A DNA stretch of 64,000 nucleotides from Terriglobia bacterium (lineage in GTDB: Bacteria; Acidobacteriota; Terriglobia; JAJPHL01; JAPKYU01), in the NCBI GenBank assembly GCA_965223005.1, contig CBDCVK010000010.1, positions 608,001 to 672,000 of the forward strand, in the 5' to 3' direction. The translations under genes and the position numbers were made by a program. The notes beneath the pieces are model-generated. The model did not search any database. It was not told the origin of the DNA and saw only the letters and a list, made by a program, of their open reading frames with translations. This document shows, piece by piece, positions 19,425-28,001 of the stretch (its first letter is position 1; every line of letters begins with the position of its first letter).

Positions 19425-19585
19425 ATCCGCGGCCGCACTCGGAAACGAAGCTGTGTCCAAGAGCCAAACTGTGTCGTAGATGCCGCAGTCTGAGTCGACA
19501 AGTGTGGCTAAAACGCAACAGTAAGCGCCCATGGTTAGTTCTATTAACCTTTTGTATACAAATGGATTAGTTTGTTTTTGCGAAA

Positions 19586-19602
19586 CGGCCTGCGGTTTGC
19601 TA
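19586..19602 (+). promoter_or_regulatory. Candidate sigma54 (-24/-12) promoter upstream of lpxC
   Basis: cGG-cctgcggttt-GCta (GG-N10-GC), preceded by an AT-rich tract at 19531-19580. Confidence 0.4.
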
Positions 19603-19643
19603 ACCTGTGCGTGCCCCCGGGTGGAGTCGGGGTTGGACCGCCC

Positions 19644-20558
19644 TTGCACAGGCAGACCACAATCCGCAACCCGGTTGAGGTTTCAGGAATTGGCCTGCAT
19701 AGCGCCGCCCGCGTAAACCTGCGCATCCTTCCCGCCGCTACGGGCCGTGGCATCGTCTTCCGGCGTACAGACCTGGAAAATTTCGAGATTGAAGCGAGCT
19801 GGAAGCACGTGGCGCGCGTCAGCTACGCCACCAGCCTGATGAAGAAGGGCGTGCTCATCTCGACCACCGAGCACTTGCTGTCGGCGCTGCTCGGCTGCGG
19901 GGTGGACAACGCGATCCTTGAGATTGACTCACTGGAGTTGCCGATCCTGGATGGCAGCGCCATGCCCTTCGTGGAGATGATCCAGCGGGCCGGCCTACGG
20001 CGCCAGCGCGCCAGGCGCTCCTACCTGCGAGTACTGCGCCCGGCAGAAGTACGCCAGGACGGAAAGCGCATTGGCATCTACCCGGCCGACACCTACCGCC
20101 TGAGCTGCACGATTGACTTCCCTCATCCGCTGATTGGCCGCCAGAACTTCGACTTGGAACTAACCCCAGAGAACTACGTGCGCGACATTGTGCCCGCCCG
20201 AACCTTCGGCTTTCTGCGAGACGTGGACGCGCTGCGGAACATGGGCCTGATCCGGGGCGCTTCGCTGGACAGCGCGCTGGTGCTGACGGATGCCGGTCTG
20301 CTCAACGGCAGCGGGCTTCGCTTCCCCGACGAATTCTGCCGCCATAAGTTGCTGGACCTGATCGGTGATCTGGCGCTCATCGGCCGCCCCCTGCTGGGAC
20401 ACGTCATCGCCGAACGGGCTGGCCACCAGATGCACGTGGTTCTGGTGGATCGCTTGATGCGCGACCGTTCGCTGTGGGAGGAAGTGGTCATCGAGGATTC
20501 GCCGCCCCCCGTGGCCGCCGCGGCGGCTGCGAGCGCCACACTTTCCCCCCGCCTATAG
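19644..20558 (+). CDS. lpxC: UDP-3-O-acyl-N-acetylglucosamine deacetylase
   Basis: QTTI..GIGLHS, TEHLLSAL, PILDGSA, ARTFGF, HKLLDLIGDL; TTG start inferred. Confidence 0.96.
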   Translation: MHRQTTIRNPVEVSGIGLHSAARVNLRILPAATGRGIVFRRTDLENFEIEASWKHVARVSYATSLMKKGVLISTTEHLLSALLGCGVDNAILEIDSLELPILDGSAMPFVEMIQRAGLRRQRARRSYLRVLRPAEVRQDGKRIGIYPADTYRLSCTIDFPHPLIGRQNFDLELTPENYVRDIVPARTFGFLRDVDALRNMGLIRGASLDSALVLTDAGLLNGSGLRFPDEFCRHKLLDLIGDLALIGRPLLGHVIAERAGHQMHVVLVDRLMRDRSLWEEVVIEDSPPPVAAAAAASATLSPRL

Positions 20559-20665
20559 CTGCCGCGAGCCTGCCGGCCCGTCCTCCCAAACAGAATGGCG
20601 CTTCGCGAAGGGACGTAGCTGCCCCCGGAGAAACAGCCACTCCCGGCGCGGCCTCCGTACTTGGG

Positions 20666-20962
20666 TTACTTCTTGGGCGGAGCGACCGCGTCCTTAGCGG
20701 CCTTGGCCAGGTAGAACTTCACCGTGGTCTTAGCCGGAATCTTGATGGTCTCGCCGGTGGCGGGGTTGCGGCCCATGCGCGCCTTCCGCTGCACCTTCTT
20801 CATCCGGCCTAGGCCGGGCAGAACGAAGATGCCGCCCCGTTTGGTCTGTTGGACTGCCAGATCCACCAACGAATCGAGGAACTCGTGCGCTGCCTTATTT
20901 GTGAGTCCATTCTTCTCTGCCAGATGCCGGACCACCTGGCTCTGCGTCATTCGAGCTGCCAT
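20666..20962 (-). CDS. HU/IHF family DNA-binding protein
   Basis: RKARMGRNPATGETIKIPAK; AGGAGG RBS. Confidence 0.93.
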   Translation of the reverse strand: MAARMTQSQVVRHLAEKNGLTNKAAHEFLDSLVDLAVQQTKRGGIFVLPGLGRMKKVQRKARMGRNPATGETIKIPAKTTVKFYLAKAAKDAVAPPKK

Positions 20963-21036
20963 ATTCCTCCTTCAATTGTTCCTGAGCGAGAACAACTATC
21001 ATACGGAAAACAGACGCCCCGGTAAAGCCGACAATA

Positions 21037-22272
21037 CTACATCGGCGCTTCGATAGGCTGGGGCCGAAGCACCCCCAGCATCCGTTGCAAGATCGGGGGG
21101 ACCATCAAGGTCGTCACTACGGCCATGGCGACCAGGACGGAATAAAGCGTGCCGGAGAGGACACCGACGGTCAGCCCCAGTTGCGCCACAATAATGCCGA
21201 CCTCGCCTCGCGGGATCATGCCTACACCAATCGTCGTCGCGTCGCGCCACCCGAGGCGCGCGGCCCCCAGGCCGCAGCCCACCAGCTTGGTGGTCGCCGC
21301 GGCCACAATCAGCAACAGGGCGAACAGCAGCGCGCTGGGCTCGCTAAAGAACTCTCGGCTCACGCGCATGCCAATATCAACGAAAAAAAACGGCATCAAT
21401 AACTCGCCGATGGCGTGCATGTGGGTGTCCAGATCCGACTCGCGGCTATAGTCGGAAAGCAGCAGGCCGGCCATAAAGGCGCCAATAATGGCAGCGATGC
21501 CGATGTGGTTGGCCAGGTAAGAGAGACCCAGCATCAGCACCAGGGCAAAAACGAACATGGCATGTTCCAGGTGCAGCCGGTGCACCAGCGGCACCAACCG
21601 GCGGATCCATCGAAACCCCACAAGAACCAGGAAGCCAGTGAAGCCGAAGGCCAGTCCGGCAGTCGCGATCAACTGCGCGTAGTGAACCGAGCCGCCGGCC
21701 AGGCCGCTGACTAAGGCCAGCACAATCAGGGCCAGGATGTCGTCAATGACCGCGGCTCCCAAAATCACCCGGGCCATCCGCGTTTTCAAATGTCCCAGGC
21801 TCTGCAAGACCCGGGCAGTGATGCCCACGCTGGTAGCCACCAGGGCCGCGCCGACAAAAATGGATTCCAGGCTCGAATAGCCCCAGGCCAGCGCCAGCAG
21901 CCATCCGGCGAAAAACGGCAGCACGACGCCGAGAACAGCCACTTTAATCGCTGTGCCTCCCACCTCGAACAGCTCTCTGGGCTTGACTTCCAGGCCAACA
22001 TTAAACAGAAGAAACATCACACCCAGTTCCGCCAGCGCGAAGGTGACTTCCGAAGGTCCCACCCAGCCCAGCAGTGCCGGCCCGATGAACACTCCAGCCA
22101 GGATTTCCCCCACCAGCCCCGGTTGACTGAACCGCTGGAAGATTTCTGCCAGCAACTTAGCCGAGACGAAAATGAGGAACAGCGTGAAGAGCAGGTCTGT
22201 CTCCTGACCTGCGGAAAACAGCGCAAAACAAGCCACGCCAGAATCCATAGTGAAAAAGGGCGACGCGAACAT
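21037..22272 (-). CDS. Cation:proton antiporter (CPA2 family)
   Basis: GEILAGV.IGP, ATSVGIT, GAAVIDDI, GMIPRGEV. Confidence 0.92.
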   Translation of the reverse strand: MFASPFFTMDSGVACFALFSAGQETDLLFTLFLIFVSAKLLAEIFQRFSQPGLVGEILAGVFIGPALLGWVGPSEVTFALAELGVMFLLFNVGLEVKPRELFEVGGTAIKVAVLGVVLPFFAGWLLALAWGYSSLESIFVGAALVATSVGITARVLQSLGHLKTRMARVILGAAVIDDILALIVLALVSGLAGGSVHYAQLIATAGLAFGFTGFLVLVGFRWIRRLVPLVHRLHLEHAMFVFALVLMLGLSYLANHIGIAAIIGAFMAGLLLSDYSRESDLDTHMHAIGELLMPFFFVDIGMRVSREFFSEPSALLFALLLIVAAATTKLVGCGLGAARLGWRDATTIGVGMIPRGEVGIIVAQLGLTVGVLSGTLYSVLVAMAVVTTLMVPPILQRMLGVLRPQPIEAPM

Positions 22273-22425
22273 GCCGCGTCATTGTGTACAAAATTCCTGT
22301 CTGCGCGCAACACCTTTGCGGCTGCCCGCAAGTCGAGCCGGCAGGCCTGCGGAATCCTTGAGCACCCACCCCGGCGCTGATAAACTGCCGCATGCAAAGT
22401 GGTCGCCAGAGATGACGGACTAGAG

Positions 22426-23172
22426 ATGACAGAAAAGAAGCTGCGCGTGTTGCTCGAGCAGGTACGGCGGGGAAAGGTGGACGTGGAAGGAGCCGTTGGG
22501 CAGCTCAAACACCTTCCATTTGAAGACCTAGGGTTCGCCAAGATTGACCACCACCGTGCCCTCCGCCAAGGCATGCCGGAGGTGATCCTGGGGCGCGGCA
22601 AGCAGCCGGAACAGGTGGTGGGTGTGGTGAAGAAGATGCTGCGCGTCTCGCCCAATGTGCTGGTGACGCGCGGCGACGAAGCCCTGTACCGTCGGCTCCG
22701 CAAGGCCATTCCCGCCGCGAAGTTCCACTCCCTTTCCGGCGCCATCACCATCCAACGCGATCACACCATCTACGGGCGCGGCAAGGTGCTGGTGATTTCG
22801 GCGGGCACCTCCGACATCCCGGTAGCCGAAGAAGCGCTAGTGACAGCGCGCGTCATGGGCAACCCTGTGGAGCATCTCTACGACGTCGGAGTGGCGGGCA
22901 TCCACCGGCTGATGGGCAACCGGGACGTTCTGAGTTCGGCCCGCGTAATCATTTGCGTGGCCGGGATGGAAGGTGCGTTGCCCAGCGTAGTGGCCGGGCT
23001 GGTGGCTGTGCCGGTGATTGCCGTACCCACCAGCATTGGCTACGGCTCCAGCTTCCAGGGCTTGGCTGCGCTGCTGGGCATGCTCAACAGCTGCGCCAGC
23101 AATGTCGCCGTGGTCAACATTGACAACGGCTTCGGCGCCGGCTCCGTGGCCAGTATGATCAACCGATTGTGA
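22426..23172 (+). CDS. larB: Nickel pincer cofactor biosynthesis protein LarB (AIR carboxylase family)
   Basis: [53 protein letters not shown]. Confidence 0.93.
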   Translation: MTEKKLRVLLEQVRRGKVDVEGAVGQLKHLPFEDLGFAKIDHHRALRQGMPEVILGRGKQPEQVVGVVKKMLRVSPNVLVTRGDEALYRRLRKAIPAAKFHSLSGAITIQRDHTIYGRGKVLVISAGTSDIPVAEEALVTARVMGNPVEHLYDVGVAGIHRLMGNRDVLSSARVIICVAGMEGALPSVVAGLVAVPVIAVPTSIGYGSSFQGLAALLGMLNSCASNVAVVNIDNGFGAGSVASMINRL

Positions 23173-23221
23173 TCCACTTGGCAGCCCTCACCGAGTGCGG
23201 CAGCTTTGTGCCGCTTTCCAT

Positions 23222-23267
23222 CTTAATGATTCTTGGCTTAATGACTCTTTGGCTCAATGATTTCTGG
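23222..23267 (+). repeat. Three imperfect tandem copies of CTTAATGATTCTTGG
   Basis: cttaatgattcttgg / cttaatgactctttgg / ctcaatgatttctgg. Confidence 0.7.
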
Positions 23268-23373
23268 GGGCCAGAATCCTGAGGGGTGCCCACGTCTCGC
23301 CGGCTAAACCCTCGCTGGTGTCACGTGGGGGGCGGGCTCTCCGCGGTGTTGGACCGAGGGCGGAACAACACCA

Positions 23374-23820
23374 TCATTCCTCCTGTACCACCTGCAACTT
23401 CAGTGTGGCGCTGACCTCGCGGTGCAGGCGCAGCGGGACTTCGTACTCACCCAGGTGCCTGATCGGCTCTTCCAGGTGGATCTTGCGCCGGTCGATGTGG
23501 TAGCCCTTGGCCTGCAAGGCGTCAGCAACGTCCAGCGAGGTGACCGAGCCGAAGAGCTGGTCCGCTTCGCCGGACTTGCGGGCAACGGTCACGGTAAGGT
23601 CGGCCAACTGGCGGGCGAGTTCCTCAGCCTGGGTGCGCTCATTGGCCTCGTGGCGGGCTGCCGCCGCCTTCTCCTGCTCCACAACCTTCTTGTTGCCCGA
23701 GGTGGCCGGCACCGCTAGTTTGCGTGGCAAAAGGAAATTGCGGGCGTACCCCGAGGCCACATCTACGACCTTGCCGCGCTGGCCCAACTTGGGGACATCG
23801 ACTCGAAGGATCACTTCCAT
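23374..23820 (-). CDS. rplI: 50S ribosomal protein L9
   Basis: MEVIL..LG..G.VV.VASGYARNFLLP, LFGSVT. Confidence 0.97.
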   Translation of the reverse strand: MEVILRVDVPKLGQRGKVVDVASGYARNFLLPRKLAVPATSGNKKVVEQEKAAAARHEANERTQAEELARQLADLTVTVARKSGEADQLFGSVTSLDVADALQAKGYHIDRRKIHLEEPIRHLGEYEVPLRLHREVSATLKLQVVQEE

Positions 23821-23875
23821 GGCACTCTCCCGAGATGGCGAATGGCAGTTGTGCGCCGGGGCAGCCTTGCGCGCC

Positions 23876-24148
23876 TCAGAGCTCGGCGGCGAAAGGAAGT
23901 AGGGCGATGTTCCGCGCCTTCTGGATCGCTTCGCTCAGCCGCCGCTGGTGCGGCGTGCAGACCCCGGAAATGCGCCGGGGGATGATCTTGCCCCGCTCGA
24001 CGACGAACTGGCCAATCAGCCTCACGTCCTTGTAGTTGATGTTGTCAATCCGCTCGACGCAGAACTTGCAAACCTTCCTGCGCCGCGCGTATTGCTTCTT
24101 GACGCCCCCCGGTCTGGCGGGACGGCGTGGATACGCTTGGTTGGGCAT
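23876..24148 (-). CDS. rpsR: 30S ribosomal protein S18 (Cys-containing type)
   Basis: RRKVCKFC..INYKD..ERGKIIPRRISGVC..HQR. Confidence 0.97.
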   Translation of the reverse strand: MPNQAYPRRPARPGGVKKQYARRRKVCKFCVERIDNINYKDVRLIGQFVVERGKIIPRRISGVCTPHQRRLSEAIQKARNIALLPFAAEL

Positions 24149-24190
24149 GATACCTGCTCTACCTCCAGGGGCCGGACAGAGCCCGCCCCG

Positions 24191-24604
24191 TTACACTGCA
24201 GCCTCGGGCGCCGCCGCGGGCACGGGCGGCGCGGCCGAGGCGCCGCGCGCGACTCCGCGCTTGCCCCGCTTCTCCTTTTTCTCCCGTTTTTGGCGGAGCT
24301 TCTCCAGACGCTTGAGTTCCTGGTCAATCCGCACGGTCAGAAATTTGATGGCAGGCTCGGAGACCTTCAGGACTCGCTCGAACTCACGGACCGTGGGCGG
24401 CTCACATTCCAAGTTAAACAAGACGTAATAGCCCTCGCGGTGGCGCCGCACTTCGTAGGCCAACCGGCGCCGCCCCCACTTCTCTTTGCTTTGGACGGTT
24501 CCCCCAGTGGAAGACACCACGGTTTCCATTTGGGTCAGAAACCGATCCACATCCTCTTCGGTCATGTCCGGTCTGAGGATGAACAGAATCTCGTAAGCGC
24601 GCAT
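24191..24604 (-). CDS. rpsF: 30S ribosomal protein S6
   Basis: MRAYEILFILRPD, WGRRRLAYEV..EGYY. Confidence 0.96.
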   Translation of the reverse strand: MRAYEILFILRPDMTEEDVDRFLTQMETVVSSTGGTVQSKEKWGRRRLAYEVRRHREGYYVLFNLECEPPTVREFERVLKVSEPAIKFLTVRIDQELKRLEKLRQKREKKEKRGKRGVARGASAAPPVPAAAPEAAV

Positions 24605-24739
24605 TTTCCCTCAGCTTCTCCAGGCCGCACGCTCGCCGGCGGCCACGCGAGCAACACAGCCTGGTTTGGGCAACCTGCTCACAGGTTGCGGAGGAGCCTA
24701 TCGCCTGTGTTTAGGCTACCGAGCCACGGCCGGCGGCAG

Positions 24740-25336
24740 TCACTCCCCCTGTTTTTCAGCGGCCTGTTCAGGAGGCCGGCGGTTGAACCGGTTCATTGCC
24801 TTCTGCAGGCCTTCGCGCAGGATCAGCAGCACCGCCTCCGCCGCCCTCTCCACTTGCTCATCCACCCGCTTCAACTCCGAACGGCGGTAGGTCCGCAGCA
24901 CGAAGTCCGAGGCGTCGTTCACTGGATGCTCGGGGCCAATGCCCAAGCGCACCCGCAAAAACTCCTGCGTGCCGAGCGCCCCAATAATGGACTCCAGGCC
25001 GTGGTGCCCGCCAGCGCTGCCGTGGGGGCGGATACGCAGTCCCCCCTCCGGCAGGGACAGCTCATCACTGACCACCACCAGCGCCTCCGGAGTCAACTCC
25101 AAAACCTGAAGCAGTTCTCGCACCGCCAGCCCGCTCAAGTTCACGTAGGTGAGGGGCTTGGCCAGCACCACCGATTGCCCCTCCAGCTCGGCGTAAGCCA
25201 GCAGACAGCGCGCCTCGGGCCGTTCGACCCGCGCCCGGGCCGCTTCGGCCAGCCGATCCACCACGAGGAAACCCAGGTTGTGGCGCGTAAACTGGTATTC
25301 GATCCCGGGGTTACCGAGACCGATGATGACGCGCAT
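24740..25336 (-). CDS. pth: Peptidyl-tRNA hydrolase
   Basis: GLGNPG..TRHNLGF, KPLTY, GSAGGHHGL, RVRLGIG. Confidence 0.96.
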   Translation of the reverse strand: MRVIIGLGNPGIEYQFTRHNLGFLVVDRLAEAARARVERPEARCLLAYAELEGQSVVLAKPLTYVNLSGLAVRELLQVLELTPEALVVVSDELSLPEGGLRIRPHGSAGGHHGLESIIGALGTQEFLRVRLGIGPEHPVNDASDFVLRTYRRSELKRVDEQVERAAEAVLLILREGLQKAMNRFNRRPPEQAAEKQGE

Positions 25337-25375
25337 CTCTCGGCGCGGAAGTCGGCGGCGCGGGAGCCGGCCGGG

Positions 25376-26065
25376 CTATTTCTTCTTGGCCTCGGTGGCT
25401 TCCTCTTCTTCCTCCTCGCCCTTGCCCTTGCGAATGACCTCGGGCTCGGCCGACGCGGCCTCCTCGGACACAACCGCCTCCTCCGCAGGCTTCTCTTCGA
25501 CTTGCCTGGGCGCAACGACGTGCACCACGACCAGCTCGGGGTCAGAGAGAACGCGCACCTTTTCGTCCACCTTGAGGTCCCGCACCCGCACGCTCGTTCC
25601 GATCATCAGCTCGCTGACGTCAGCATGGATACTATCCGGGATGTCGGCGGGGAGGCACTCGACTTCCACCTCGCGCGCCACAAACTCCAGAATGCCGCCC
25701 TGCAGCTTGACGCCCGGAGCCTCTCCCAGGCGGACGACCGGCACGGTGGCCTGCAGTTGCTGGTCCAGCACTATGCGCTTTAAGTCCACATGCAACAGTC
25801 TGCTGTGCACAGGCTCATACTGCCAGTCCACCAGCATGGCCTTGGTGGTTTCGCCGCCCTTGACCTCCACCGTAAGGATCGTGTTCCGTCCGGTCTCCGA
25901 TTCCAGCACGGTCCGCACCTGCCGGGGGTTCAGCGCCACGGCCACGGTCGGCTGGCCGGCCCCGTACAGGACCCCGGGCATATGGCCGCTCTGGCGCAGG
26001 CGTCGGGCCACGTTCTTGCCGGTCTCGGTGCGAGGCTCGGCTTCGATGACCGTCTTGTTCACCAT
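25376..26065 (-). CDS. rplY: 50S ribosomal protein L25/Ctc
   Basis: GKNVARRLR..PGVLYG, HVDL, GVKLQGG, acidic tail. Confidence 0.95.
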   Translation of the reverse strand: MVNKTVIEAEPRTETGKNVARRLRQSGHMPGVLYGAGQPTVAVALNPRQVRTVLESETGRNTILTVEVKGGETTKAMLVDWQYEPVHSRLLHVDLKRIVLDQQLQATVPVVRLGEAPGVKLQGGILEFVAREVEVECLPADIPDSIHADVSELMIGTSVRVRDLKVDEKVRVLSDPELVVVHVVAPRQVEEKPAEEAVVSEEAASAEPEVIRKGKGEEEEEEATEAKKK

Positions 26066-26104
26066 GGCCGCAGGTTCCAAACAGAGAATTTCATGATTGC
26101 AAAC

Positions 26105-27049
26105 TCAAATGAACAGTTGGCTGACGGAGGTCTCCGCGTGAATGGAATGGATGGCCTTAGCCAGCAGCTCGGCGATGCTTAACACCTTGATCCGGTCGCA
26201 GCCCTGCGCCTCCGGCTGCAGTGGGATCGAGTTGGTGACCACCAGCCGTTCGATCGGCGACCTGCAGATCCGCTCCACCGCACTCCCGGACAGCACCGCG
26301 TGAGTCGCCGAGGCAAAGACGCGGCGGGCGCCGTTGTCCAGCAGCGCCTCGGCCGCCTTTACCAGCGTCCCAGCCGTGTCCACAATGTCGTCCACAATCA
26401 GGGCAGTGCGATCGTGCACGTCGCCGATGACGTGCATCACTTCAGCCACGTTGACTTCCTCGCGGCGCTTGTCCATGATCGCCAGCGGCGCGTTCACCTT
26501 CTTGGCGAAAGAGCGCGAGCGCTCCACGCCACCAGCGTCCGGTGCCACGACGGTCAGATCGGCCAAATCGAGGCTCTGGAAATAACTCACCAGCACTGGC
26601 GAGGCAAACAGGTGATCGACCGGGCAATTGAAGAAGCCCTGGATCTGCGACGCGTGCAGGTCCAGGGTGAGCGTGCGGCTGGCGCCGGCCGTGGTCAGCA
26701 GGTCGGCCACCAGCTTGGCCGAGATTGGTACCCGGGGCTTGTCCTTCCGGTCCTGTCGAGCATACCCGTAGTAGGGGATCACGGCGGTGATGCGCTGGGC
26801 CGAGGCCCGTTTGAGCGCGTCAATCAGCAGCAGCAGCTCTACCAGGTTGGTATCCACCGGCTGGCAGGTGGGCTGCACCACGAAGACATCGGCCCCGCGA
26901 ACGTTCTCCAGGATTTGGACGTAGACCTCCCCGTCGCTGAAGCGAGTCACGGAGGCGTCGGCCACCGGAACCTTCAGGCAAGCGCAAATTTCCTCGGTCA
27001 GCAGCGAGTTGGCGTTGCCGCCTAGGATTTTCAATCGGTCACTGTCCAT
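26105..27049 (-). CDS. prs: Ribose-phosphate pyrophosphokinase
   Basis: FSDGE, YYGYARQDRK, DLHA.QIQGFF, VDDIVDTAGT. Confidence 0.97.
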   Translation of the reverse strand: MDSDRLKILGGNANSLLTEEICACLKVPVADASVTRFSDGEVYVQILENVRGADVFVVQPTCQPVDTNLVELLLLIDALKRASAQRITAVIPYYGYARQDRKDKPRVPISAKLVADLLTTAGASRTLTLDLHASQIQGFFNCPVDHLFASPVLVSYFQSLDLADLTVVAPDAGGVERSRSFAKKVNAPLAIMDKRREEVNVAEVMHVIGDVHDRTALIVDDIVDTAGTLVKAAEALLDNGARRVFASATHAVLSGSAVERICRSPIERLVVTNSIPLQPEAQGCDRIKVLSIAELLAKAIHSIHAETSVSQLFI

Positions 27050-28001
27050 ACCCAACCCACTCGCGCGCCAGTTCAAGGCGTGGGACTGTCCGAGTTACCC
27101 AGATCTGCCAGCGGGGCCATCGGCGCCGTAGTCGCGCCGCAGCATGCCGGGCCGCCGTTCCCGAATCGAAAATTCCAAACACGGCCGAACCGCTGCCGGA
27201 AAGCATTGCCGCCGATGCGCCGGCTCGAGTGAGAGCTGTCTTGAGCCGCACCAGTTCTGGGTAGGTGGAAAAAACAACCGGCTCAAAATCGTTCCTGAGT
27301 CGGTCCCATCTCCGACTACAAACGATGGCGCAGAAGTTAAATATACTAAGGTCTGTCGCGGTGCTTGTCAACGCCACGGGGTCGAGTGGTTCCGGATTGC
27401 CTCGGGCCTGATCGAGCTGCCGGTAAGCGTCGGCGCTAGAAACGTGCAGGCCCGGATGGACCACCACAAGGGGTAGAGCCGGAACGTCGGGCAACGGATA
27501 GACCTCAGTTCCCCGACCCAACCCGATGGCCTGGCCGCCCACCAGAAAAAACGGGACATCGGCACCCAGCTCCGCCGCCAAAGCCAGCCCACGTTCCGGC
27601 GCCAACGGCCGGCCCAACAAAACAGGCAGCACTCGCAGCACGGCTGCAGCATCGCTGGAGCCGCCCCCTAACCCGCTGCCCGGCGGAATCTTCTTGTTGA
27701 GCGTCAGCCGGACCGTGCGCCGTTCCCCCAGTTCTTCTAATACGGCTTCCGCTGCCAGAACCGCCAGGTTGGGCAGTCCAATTGCCTCTGCCCCGTCGCC
27801 AGACAGTTCCACTTTGGCCGTTCTGGCTGCCTTCTCCTGCAGGTGCAGTTCATCGTGCAGCGCGATGGTTTGGAAGACCGTACGGAGCTCGTGGTAGCCG
27901 TCGGGACGCCGACCCAACACTTGCAGCCCGAGGTTAATCTTGGCGGGACATTTCACCCGGCGGAAGGCCGCCCGGAGAGGCCGGTTTGACCGCGGACTCA
28001 A
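27039..28001 (-). CDS. ispE: 4-(cytidine 5'-diphospho)-2-C-methyl-D-erythritol kinase
   Basis: PAKINLGL..RPDGYHEL, KIP.GSGLGGGSSDAA, GADVPFF, LSGSGS. Confidence 0.95.
   Translation of the reverse strand: MSPRSNRPLRAAFRRVKCPAKINLGLQVLGRRPDGYHELRTVFQTIALHDELHLQEKAARTAKVELSGDGAEAIGLPNLAVLAAEAVLEELGERRTVRLTLNKKIPPGSGLGGGSSDAAAVLRVLPVLLGRPLAPERGLALAAELGADVPFFLVGGQAIGLGRGTEVYPLPDVPALPLVVVHPGLHVSSADAYRQLDQARGNPEPLDPVALTSTATDLSIFNFCAIVCSRRWDRLRNDFEPVVFSTYPELVRLKTALTRAGASAAMLSGSGSAVFGIFDSGTAARHAAARLRRRWPRWQIWVTRTVPRLELAREWVGYGQ

Noticed and set aside
23948-25783. 611-aa plus-strand ORF and other long antisense ORFs (e.g. 30223-31524, 44560-45720, 47298-48362, 8200-9147)
   Set aside because: Shadow frames opposite well-supported genes, expected in high-GC DNA, with no recognisable motifs
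27030-27080. tRNA-Gln often found between ispE and prs
   Set aside because: ispE and prs overlap here, and no cloverleaf or T-loop motif was seen
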